Below, piece after piece: positions 50,398 through 58,356 of a stretch of DNA of 64,000 bases. A model generated the notes under the pieces. That model saw nothing but the letters and a program-made list of their open reading frames with translations. It made no database searches and was not told the DNA's origin. This DNA is from Anaerolineales bacterium (GTDB lineage Bacteria > Chloroflexota > Anaerolineae > Anaerolineales > E44-bin32). Made by a program: the position numbers and the translations under genes. The DNA lies in NCBI GenBank assembly GCA_035281845.1, contig DATEVL010000038.1:9785-73784 (forward strand), given 5' to 3'. How positions within the stretch are numbered: position 1 is the first letter of the stretch; the number at the start of each line of letters is the position of its first letter.

Positions 50398-51788
50398 ACG
50401 CCCCTTTTCTGATTCTGGTGCTGGGAGGGATTCTCGCCCTGGCCGGATTCATCCTGCGAGGTCGTGCCGCGCCGGCCTCGTGGATCGCAGGCATCGGCGC
50501 GGTCCTGCTGGGTGCGGTCGCCCTCGGCGTCGTCTTGGGCGAGCCTTTTCAGGTCCTGGGGTTCGGAGTGAAACTGGAACCGGCGTGGTCGGTCTTGGGC
50601 AGGTCGCTGGTCCTCAGTCCAGCCAATCGCGTAGCGATCGGGTTCGTCTTCATCACGGGGGCTCTGCCCTTGGCCGGGAGCTATGCGGCCGATGCTCCGC
50701 GCCGTCTGGGGTCGATCGGCCTGTTGATTCTCGTGCTGCTGGCGGCGGCGCTGATGGTGGAGCCCTTTGTCTTTTCTCCCACGCTCATTGCTGCGGCGGC
50801 GATCCTCGGCTGCCTGGTGGTCGTCCGGCCGGATGGGCGGCCGGGGCGCGCCGCGCCGCGTCTGCTCGTGGCCTACGTCCTGGGAATGATGGCCATCCTC
50901 TCCGCCGGCTGGCTGATCGAGGTGGGCGGGGTGACCGCTTCGACTGAATCCCCGGCGCGCACCGCGTCGCTGCTGCTCGGCCTGGGGATCGCCATCATCG
51001 TCGTCACCCCTCCATTCCATACTTGGCTTACGGCGTCGGCCAACGAGTCCCATCCGATGGCGCTGGTTTTCATGGCGACCGCGCTACAAAGCGCCGGCTT
51101 GTTCCTGTTGCTGAATTCGCTGGCGTCCTATTCCTGGATGCGGTCCGAGCCGTTGGTCTTCTCGTTCCTGCGCGGTGCGGGGCTGCTGATGATTGCGCTG
51201 GGAGGGGTCTGGTGCCTGGCGGAGCGACGCGGGCCGCGCATCGTCGCCTATGCTTTGCTCATCGACTTCGGGGTCTCACTGCTCGCGGTGGCCTCGGCGA
51301 CGCCCGAGGGATACGCCATCGCGCTGGGGATGGCCGGGGCGAGGGCGGTCGGCGCAGTCGTCTGGGGGATCGGCTTCTCGAATCTCTCGGTGGCGACGGG
51401 GTCAGAACCAGATCCGGCGCAGGCGATTCCAGCGATCCACCCGATGGCGGCGGCGGCCGCCCTGGCCGGGGCGCTCAGCCTGGCGGGATTGCCGCTGACG
51501 GCGGGGTTTGCCGGAAGGTGGATGTCCCTGGCGACGGTTCAAGGCGACCGGGTGGCGTCGCTGGCGATCGCCTTCGGCGTGGTCGCTGTTTCCTACTCGG
51601 TGGTGCGATGGGCGCGCGGTTTGGGACCTCCCGCCGAGGTTCCTTCGCTGCCACGTGGACGAAGGGTACTACTGATCGGCGGCACGGCCTCGATCCTCAT
51701 TCTCGGTGTGCTGCCAGGTTGGTTGTACGCCTGGGCCCTTTCGGCCGGTGCCGGACTTGGGGGCATCCTTCCGCCAACGCCTCCATAG
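50394..51788 (+). CDS. Degenerate NuoN/NuoM/MrpD-like (Proton_antipo_M-like) membrane protein
   Basis: PPFHTWL (compare PFHxWLPDA) and ALSLAGLPLTAGFAGRW (compare LSLAGxPPLxGFxxK) in the expected order. About 14 TM. Confidence 0.65.
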   Translation: MNAPFLILVLGGILALAGFILRGRAAPASWIAGIGAVLLGAVALGVVLGEPFQVLGFGVKLEPAWSVLGRSLVLSPANRVAIGFVFITGALPLAGSYAADAPRRLGSIGLLILVLLAAALMVEPFVFSPTLIAAAAILGCLVVVRPDGRPGRAAPRLLVAYVLGMMAILSAGWLIEVGGVTASTESPARTASLLLGLGIAIIVVTPPFHTWLTASANESHPMALVFMATALQSAGLFLLLNSLASYSWMRSEPLVFSFLRGAGLLMIALGGVWCLAERRGPRIVAYALLIDFGVSLLAVASATPEGYAIALGMAGARAVGAVVWGIGFSNLSVATGSEPDPAQAIPAIHPMAAAAALAGALSLAGLPLTAGFAGRWMSLATVQGDRVASLAIAFGVVAVSYSVVRWARGLGPPAEVPSLPRGRRVLLIGGTASILILGVLPGWLYAWALSAGAGLGGILPPTPP

Positions 51789-51795
51789 AACCGGA

Positions 51796-51804
51796 TGCTA
51801 TAAT
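51796..51804 (+). promoter_or_regulatory. Extended -10 TGcTATAAT 6 nt upstream of GTG 51811 (leaderless-type)
   Basis: gaTGcTATAATccggacGTG. Confidence 0.5.
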
Positions 51805-51810
51805 CCGGAC

Positions 51811-53007
51811 GTGCCCCCGGTGGAACAGACGAAGTCAGATTCGCTCGACAAGCGTCTCTCCTGGCTGGACGATCAGCGGAGAAAGGACGCCGACCTCCTC
51901 CGCAAACTCAGTTCCCAATTGAAGGCATCCGAAGACCTGATCGGCAAGCACACCCGTCAACTGCAGGACTTATCCGGGGAGCTTGCTCGACTGGCGGCGC
52001 TGGCGGCGCGGATCCAGTCGGTCGACGAGACTCTGACGAAACACCGCCAGGAAGTCTCGCGCCAACTGGAAGCGTCCGAAGCCCGCCGAACCGAAAAGGA
52101 AAAGGCCCTCGAGCAGGCGCGCCGGAAGGACCATGACGATGTCGCCCGGGGCGTCGCCGATCTTCGCCAGGAGATGCGGGCACTGACCGACCTGCGCCGG
52201 GAGTTCGAGTCGCGCAGGGAAGAAGACCTGCGAACGGCACGAACCGTGGCGACGCTATCCGATCAACTGGGAGCCGTCGTCTCGGCGCAGGGGGAGCAAG
52301 CGCGAACGCTCGCCGATCATGAAGATGTCCACAAGCAAGAGGGCCGCTGGTCGACCGATGCCCAAGGCATACTGGCCGACCTGCGGCTGCGCGTGGATGG
52401 ATTGCGCGGTTCCCTTGAAGGGGTCGAGGATCGCAGCCGCCAACTGGAGATCCGTTCGGCCGAGCTCGAGGCCGGCGAGGTCGAAAGGCGTGAGACGACC
52501 ACCAGCTGGATGGAAAGTGTAAACCTGCGAATGGCCGACCTGGAGCGCGTTTGGGGCGATTACGCCCGCCGCTTCGAAGCCTTCGAGAAGCGCGCGGCGG
52601 AGATCGACGAGCGCGTTCATGCCTACGATGAGACGCACCGGGCGATGCGCCAATTACAACTCGAGCTGGAGAGAACGCTCGAACGACTGGAGCGAAGGAT
52701 CTCAGAAGTCAGCGAAATGCAGCGCCTGGGCGAGGAACGGCACAAGCAGGAGTGGTCGACCTTCATCGCCGAAGACCATCGGCGGTGGAGTTCTTTCAAG
52801 CTCGGTGCGGACGAGCAGAGTCAGGAGCACAGCCGTTTGCATCAACGGATATCGGACGAGGTTGGGCGCCTCGAAGACACCACGATGCAGGCGCTTACGG
52901 GGGCGATCACGCTCGAAGACTCGACTCAGCGGCGGCTGTCCGAGCTGTTGGCGCTGCTGCGTGAGTGGGCCGGCGAGGCCGAGCGGCGACCCACTCGGGT
53001 GCGCTGA
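51811..53007 (+). CDS. Highly charged coiled-coil protein (398 aa), no TM
   Basis: Long heptad-like Arg/Glu/Leu-rich sequence throughout. GTG start chosen because the upstream ATG 51706 lies inside the preceding gene. Confidence 0.65.
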   Translation: MPPVEQTKSDSLDKRLSWLDDQRRKDADLLRKLSSQLKASEDLIGKHTRQLQDLSGELARLAALAARIQSVDETLTKHRQEVSRQLEASEARRTEKEKALEQARRKDHDDVARGVADLRQEMRALTDLRREFESRREEDLRTARTVATLSDQLGAVVSAQGEQARTLADHEDVHKQEGRWSTDAQGILADLRLRVDGLRGSLEGVEDRSRQLEIRSAELEAGEVERRETTTSWMESVNLRMADLERVWGDYARRFEAFEKRAAEIDERVHAYDETHRAMRQLQLELERTLERLERRISEVSEMQRLGEERHKQEWSTFIAEDHRRWSSFKLGADEQSQEHSRLHQRISDEVGRLEDTTMQALTGAITLEDSTQRRLSELLALLREWAGEAERRPTRVR

Positions 53008-53194
53008 GTCTCGGCCTGATTCCCGTAGTTCGTCAAGACTTCCTCTCGCATGAACACCCCGCGCGATTGTCACACGGGGAGGGGGGGCCAGACCGATGAG
53101 ATATCCGGCGAGGTTTCCCCCGACCTCATCCCACGAGCCTTGCGTTGATCTCTGCGATACGAAACCACGCCAGCCCAGGGCGAGCCTTTCCCTG

Positions 53195-53350
53195 CCCTCG
53201 CTCTCTACGCCCCTTCGGCCACTACGCCCTTCGGCGCACCGGAAGCGGTGCAGGCCGCCAAGGGCGGGCGCCCCCAGGGGGCAGGGCGCCAAGGGCGGCG
53301 CACACCCAGGGTGCACCCGAAGGGGCGAGGGCGGGGTGCACGCCAGGTAG
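53195..53350. repeat. Mosaic GC-rich repeat block, inverted relative to 22740-22978
   Basis: 53292-53323 is the exact reverse complement of 22785-22816 (32 nt). 53231-53252 is the reverse complement of 22895-22916 (22 nt). 53282-53299 is the reverse complement of 22914-22931 (18 nt). Confidence 0.85.
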
Positions 53351-53405
53351 GGGTGGGGATGGGTAGCTTTGCTCCTTTCTCGACGGCCTCCTTAGGCTCG
53401 CTTCG

Positions 53406-55316
53406 ATGATCCGTGTCTTGGGCACAGCCGGTCACGTCGACCACGGCAAGTCGGCGCTGGTCGAAGCGCTCACTGGAGTTCACCCCGATCGCCTGCGCGA
53501 AGAACGCGAACGGGAGATGACGATCGACCTGGGCTTCGCCTGGACGACCCTACCTGACGGGACGGAGGTCGGGATCATCGACGTGCCCGGCCACCGCGAC
53601 TTCATCGACAACATGCTGGCCGGCGTTGGTGGTTTCGATGCGGTGATGCTGGTGGTCGCGGCGGACGAAGGAGTGATGCCGCAGACGAGCGAGCATCTTG
53701 CGATCCTCGATCTGTTGGAGATTCCCCGCGGCCTCGTCGTCTTGAGTAAGATCGATCTGGTGGCGGATGAGGAGTGGGCCAGGCTCGTGGAGGACGAAGT
53801 GCGGCAGGTTTTGGCGCCGACGGCCCTTGCCGGGGCCCCGGTCCTACGCGCCTCCGCCAAGACCGGCCAGGGCCTGGATGAACTGAGACGGGGGCTGGCG
53901 GAGGTCTTGCACGACACCGACCCCCGCCGGGACATCGGCAGCCCTCGACTGCCGATCGACCGCGCCTTTGTCATGACCGGATTCGGAACGGTTGTGACCG
54001 GCACGTTGATCGATGGCACCCTATCGATCGGGGACGAAGTGGTCATCTTGCCGGGTGAATCGCGGGGCCGGATTCGCGGACTGCAGACCCACCGCAAGCC
54101 GGTCGACCAGGCCCTGCCGGGGAGCCGGGTGGCCGTCAACATTACCGGCGTCGATGTGCAGGATGTCCGCCGTGGCCTCGTGCTCTGCCTGCCTGGGCGG
54201 TATTCGGCGACGACTCGCATCGACGTGCGCGTTCGGGTGCTCCCCGACGCGGCAGTCGGTGTCAAACACGGTCAATCGCTGAAGCTCCACCTGGGGGCGG
54301 CCGACGTGCTGGCTCGGGTGCGGGTGTTGGAGCGAGACGAGGTGCTTCCTGCGGAAGAGGGTTGGGTGCAGCTGCTGCTGTCCGAGCCCGTGATCGCCGC
54401 CTCGGGCGACCGTTTCATCCTGCGCCGGCCGGCGCCTGCGGCGACGCTGGGTGGGGGAACCGTCGTCGTGCCGCATCCGGCGCGGCTCCACCGGCGACGA
54501 GATTCGCGGGTGGTGGATGCGTTGGAGCGGGCCCGCAGTGGAACCGGCGAGGAGCGAACCTTGCTCGAGGTGATCGCCGAAGGGCCTGTGACTGGAACCA
54601 GCGTCGCCGCCTCGGGGGCGGACGGACCGGAGATGGCGGCCGCCCTCGAAGGGCTGATCCTCAGTGGGCGTATTCGTGCCATTCCTGGAGGCTCGTCCGC
54701 AAGCGGAGCACAGGTCATCTACGTCGAGTCGGCAACGTGGGAAGACTTGCGGCGGCGGGTGCGTACGATCCTCGAGGCCTACCAGGCGAAGTACCCGTTG
54801 CGTGTCGGGATCCCGCGCGAAGAGCTACGCAGTCGCTTGGGGATCGAAGCCCGGCGCATGGACCTGGTCGTGGCGGCTCTGGAGAATACCGGCGACGTCG
54901 CTACCCACGGCGCGCGCATCGCTCGCGTCGGATTCGAACCGCGCCTGACCACGGAGGACGAGGGCAAGGTAGCCGGCCTTCGAGACCAGTTCGAGTCATC
55001 GCCCGCGTCACCACCCTCGGTCCACGATTGTCAACTTGCGCTCGGGGACGAGTTGTGGGCACTGCTGGTCGCCCGCGGCGAATTCGTTGAGGTTTCAAGC
55101 GATATTGCATTCGACTCGGCGTCCTATCGACGGATGGTGGCGGAGATCACAAGCAGCCTTGGTCAGGGGGGAACGGTGACGGTGGCCCAAGTTCGCGATC
55201 GATACGGGACGAGCCGGAAGTACGCCTTGGCGCTGCTCGAACACCTCGACGCCGTCGGCGTAACCGTGCGAGTGGGGGACGAGCGTAAGCTGGGGGGCAG
55301 GGCTGCCAGGGAGTAA
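53406..55316 (+). CDS. selB: Selenocysteine-specific elongation factor
   Basis: GTAGHVDHGKSALVEALTG, DVPGH and SKID G-motifs, followed by a long winged-helix C-terminal extension typical of bacterial SelB (636 aa). Confidence 0.88.
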   Translation: MIRVLGTAGHVDHGKSALVEALTGVHPDRLREEREREMTIDLGFAWTTLPDGTEVGIIDVPGHRDFIDNMLAGVGGFDAVMLVVAADEGVMPQTSEHLAILDLLEIPRGLVVLSKIDLVADEEWARLVEDEVRQVLAPTALAGAPVLRASAKTGQGLDELRRGLAEVLHDTDPRRDIGSPRLPIDRAFVMTGFGTVVTGTLIDGTLSIGDEVVILPGESRGRIRGLQTHRKPVDQALPGSRVAVNITGVDVQDVRRGLVLCLPGRYSATTRIDVRVRVLPDAAVGVKHGQSLKLHLGAADVLARVRVLERDEVLPAEEGWVQLLLSEPVIAASGDRFILRRPAPAATLGGGTVVVPHPARLHRRRDSRVVDALERARSGTGEERTLLEVIAEGPVTGTSVAASGADGPEMAAALEGLILSGRIRAIPGGSSASGAQVIYVESATWEDLRRRVRTILEAYQAKYPLRVGIPREELRSRLGIEARRMDLVVAALENTGDVATHGARIARVGFEPRLTTEDEGKVAGLRDQFESSPASPPSVHDCQLALGDELWALLVARGEFVEVSSDIAFDSASYRRMVAEITSSLGQGGTVTVAQVRDRYGTSRKYALALLEHLDAVGVTVRVGDERKLGGRAARE

Positions 55317-55356
55317 TAGACCCATTGCCTGTCGGCAAGAGTTGATGCATCGATGC

Positions 55357-56982
55357 CTAGGCGCTCAGGTGCACCAGTTCGTCGCCAAGGAAGACCCACT
55401 TCCCGGAGACCATCGTCCCGGATGGGAGAAGGGAAGCCAAGTCCTCGAAGGATGTTTCGTAGAGATCTTGATCCAGGATGATCAGGTCGGCGGCGCAACC
55501 CGGATCGAGCCGGCCGATACGCCTTTCGAGGCCGGCGACTTCGGCCGGGCCCGAAGTGAATCCGCGTAGGGCGTCCTCCAAGGGAAGTCGCTCCTCCGGT
55601 ATCCAACCGTCCGGCGAGGGGGAACCGTCACGACGACGACGCGTGACGGCGGCGTGCAGTCCGAGAAACGGATTGGGGGATTCGACCGGGGCGTCCGACC
55701 CGAAGGCGAGGCGGGCTCCGTGCTTCCGTTGACTGCGCCAGGCGTAGGCGAACCGGTTTCGTTCCCCCCAATAACGCTCGGCCATCGACATGTCGGAAGT
55801 GGCGTGGATCGGCTGCATCGAGGCGACCAATCCTAGCTCGGCGAGGCGAGGGACGTCCTCCGGGTGGAGGAGCTGGACGTGCTCAATCCGATGTCGCAGC
55901 TCCGGCAAGCCGCGCCCGCGCTCGTAGCGACGGAGCGATGCCAGGCCCTCGATCACTTCATGGTTGGCTCGATCACCGATGGCGTGAATCGCCAACGGCA
56001 GGCCGCTGCGGGAGGCGGCGATCCCCGCCTCAAGGATCCCCTCGCGATCGATGAGTAACATGCCGAGGTTTTCGGGCTCTCCGTCATAAGCCCGCAGCAT
56101 GGCGGCGGTGCGCGGGCCCAGCGCTCCGTCGGCGAAGATCTTGATGTGGCCGATGCGGATCCAGTCATCGCCGAATCCGGATTGCAGCCCCAAGGCGACG
56201 ACCTGCTCGAGGAGCTCGACCGGGATACTCTTCAACACGTGCAGCTGCAACGCCGCCTGCGAGTGCAGGATCTGGAGGGCTTGCAGGCAACGTGCGCCGT
56301 CGAAATCGTGGACGGCCGTGATCCCGACGCGCCACAGCGCCGTCTGCGCCTGACGTATCTGCTCGGCGGCGGTCATCGCGGTGGCCTCGGGAATGCGATC
56401 GGCCACAAGGGCCATGGCGGCTTCGAGCAGGATGCCCGTCGGATCACCGCCATCGCCGCGCACGATGAGACCGCCGTGTGGATCGGGGGTCGCTGAGTCG
56501 ATGGCGGCCAGCTGCAAGGCGGCATGGTTGACCCAGGCTGCGTGAAGAGACTTGGCGGTGAGGTAGGCCGGGTGGTTAGGGGCCGCGCGATCGAGGTCGA
56601 CGGCGGAGCCGTGGCCGCCCCAGGTGTTCTGGTTCCAGCCGTGGCCGAGGATCCAGTCCCCGGGCTCTGCCGTCAATGCCCTACGGCGTACACGCTCGAG
56701 GCAATCCTGGCGCGTCGGGGTTTCGCAATCGATCATTCCGACGGTGCGGGCATACTTCTCGAGGTGGAGGTGAGCATCGCAAAGACCCGGGAAGACGGAG
56801 CGCCCCTCGAGGTCGGTCACCTGTTGTCGGCCGGACCAAAGCGACCGCAGATCCGCCTCGCGGCCGGCGGCGAGGACGCGTCCCTCCACGATCAGAATGG
56901 CATCCACGGTGGATCGGTCGTCCGCGTGAAGATGGATCCTTCCCCGAGTTAGCAGCTGGGCAGGCGGGAGCGAGGCAGGCAT
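55357..56982 (-). CDS. Amidohydrolase-3 (YtcJ-like) family metal-dependent hydrolase
   Basis: FPGLCDAHLHL and IHAIGDRAN motifs, with the typical length. Confidence 0.8.
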   Translation of the reverse strand: MPASLPPAQLLTRGRIHLHADDRSTVDAILIVEGRVLAAGREADLRSLWSGRQQVTDLEGRSVFPGLCDAHLHLEKYARTVGMIDCETPTRQDCLERVRRRALTAEPGDWILGHGWNQNTWGGHGSAVDLDRAAPNHPAYLTAKSLHAAWVNHAALQLAAIDSATPDPHGGLIVRGDGGDPTGILLEAAMALVADRIPEATAMTAAEQIRQAQTALWRVGITAVHDFDGARCLQALQILHSQAALQLHVLKSIPVELLEQVVALGLQSGFGDDWIRIGHIKIFADGALGPRTAAMLRAYDGEPENLGMLLIDREGILEAGIAASRSGLPLAIHAIGDRANHEVIEGLASLRRYERGRGLPELRHRIEHVQLLHPEDVPRLAELGLVASMQPIHATSDMSMAERYWGERNRFAYAWRSQRKHGARLAFGSDAPVESPNPFLGLHAAVTRRRRDGSPSPDGWIPEERLPLEDALRGFTSGPAEVAGLERRIGRLDPGCAADLIILDQDLYETSFEDLASLLPSGTMVSGKWVFLGDELVHLSA

Positions 56983-56986
56983 CGCG

Positions 56987-58228
56987 TCAACCGAGGCCCG
57001 CGGCGGGCCGCAGGTCCTCCAGCCCTAAGGACGCCGCCAGAATTTCCACCGGATGGCGGGAGGGGACTTGGGTGTGATGCTCGATCCACCAACGGCAAGT
57101 CTCCGAGTCCGTCAAGATCAGGTCCGGCGACGTCCGACGGGCCTGTGCGAAAAGGTCCGCACCGACGTTGACGGCGACATCGTAGAGTTCACTCTTCAAC
57201 CCATACGTCCCGGCCACCCCGCAGCACTCGGCGTCCGTGACGACGATCTCCAGGCCCGGTATCCGCCGCAGGATTCGGAGGGCGGGAGTGCCGATTCGAT
57301 GGGAGCGAAGCTGACATGGCGGGTGGTACAGCAAACGCAGAGCAAGGGGTCGCAAGTCGAGGGCCCCGATCTGATCCGCGAGGACCTGATCCAGGTACTC
57401 GAAGAAGTCGTACGTGCTTTCGCTGACGGTCTCGACTTCGGGCCCTACCAGGCCGAGCACGGCCCGGTATTCATGCTTGAGTGCAAGGGTGCAGGAAGTC
57501 GAGGTGCCGACGATCGGGATACCGCGCTCCGCCCACGGGTGAAGGCCGACCAAGTTTTCTCGAGCGTAACGGCGAGCGGCGGCAAAGTTGCGGTTGGATT
57601 GCAGCGGGAGTCCGCAGCAGCCCTGCGGAGGGATTTCCACCTCGACGCCCAATCGCTCGAGGACACGGATGGTCGTTTCCCCGAGCCACGGTTCATATCC
57701 GTCGGTACTGCAACCGTGAAAGAAGGCGACGCGCGGTCTGGCGGCGCCGCCTGGCTGCGCCGGTTGTTGGCGGGCAAGATCGGCACGCCGATGACGAAGG
57801 GACTCGGCTGCGACCTGAGGCAGAGGACCGCCGCGGGCGAGGCCGATGGTGCGATCGGCCGCGGTCCGCAGAAACCCTGAACGAAGCGCGGCGTTGACGA
57901 ATGGCCGGAGGGGCCGGCTCCAACGGGCAACCACCGCCGGCCGCGCAAGTCCCCAGTCGCGAAGGCGTTGCCGCCACCCGGTCCGGATTGCGGCCTTCGA
58001 GATGATATTCATCTCGGCGACAGGGACACCATGGGGACAGACCCGACTACACACGCCGCAGCCGGAACACCAGGCCACACTGGGATCGATGGAGGGGGAG
58101 CGGGGGTGGAGGAAGCGCGCCATCTGGGGTCCGACGGCCTTGGGGCCGGGAAAGCGATCCGTGACGGCAGCCACCGGGCAGGCTGCCGTGCAAATGTTGC
58201 ACTTCACGCAAAGGTCACTGTCGAACAT
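56987..58228 (-). CDS. glpC: Anaerobic glycerol-3-phosphate dehydrogenase subunit C (413 aa)
   Basis: Two ferredoxin-type clusters (CVKCNICTAACP, CSGCGVCSRVCP) plus CCG domains (CCGLPLQ, CCGVAG). Start at MFDSD. The upstream ORF extension is encoded by a palindromic repeat. Confidence 0.85.
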   Translation of the reverse strand: MFDSDLCVKCNICTAACPVAAVTDRFPGPKAVGPQMARFLHPRSPSIDPSVAWCSGCGVCSRVCPHGVPVAEMNIISKAAIRTGWRQRLRDWGLARPAVVARWSRPLRPFVNAALRSGFLRTAADRTIGLARGGPLPQVAAESLRHRRADLARQQPAQPGGAARPRVAFFHGCSTDGYEPWLGETTIRVLERLGVEVEIPPQGCCGLPLQSNRNFAAARRYARENLVGLHPWAERGIPIVGTSTSCTLALKHEYRAVLGLVGPEVETVSESTYDFFEYLDQVLADQIGALDLRPLALRLLYHPPCQLRSHRIGTPALRILRRIPGLEIVVTDAECCGVAGTYGLKSELYDVAVNVGADLFAQARRTSPDLILTDSETCRWWIEHHTQVPSRHPVEILAASLGLEDLRPAAGLG

Positions 58229-58239
58229 GGCCAGACTGG

Positions 58240-58293
58240 CCCTCACCCCTGCACCCCTCTCCCGCCCCGCGGGAGAGGGGCCTGGGGTGAGGG
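58240..58293. repeat. Palindrome CCCTCACCCCTGCACCCCTCTCCCGC ... GCGGGAGAGGGGCCTGGGGTGAGGG between glpB and glpC
   Basis: Read directly. Same family as 20021-20081 and 36678-36740. Confidence 0.8.
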
Positions 58294-58356
58294 TGACATT
58301 CGGCCGCGGGGTCACCCCGCGGCTTTCTGCGAAGGACCCTAAGGTAGGCCGCGGGG

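Noticed and set aside
53008-53405. Possible tRNA-Sec (selC) or other ncRNA upstream of selB
   Set aside because: There is no T-loop (GGTTCGANTCC), no UCA anticodon stem-loop and no long acceptor stem. The region is explained by the mosaic repeat block.
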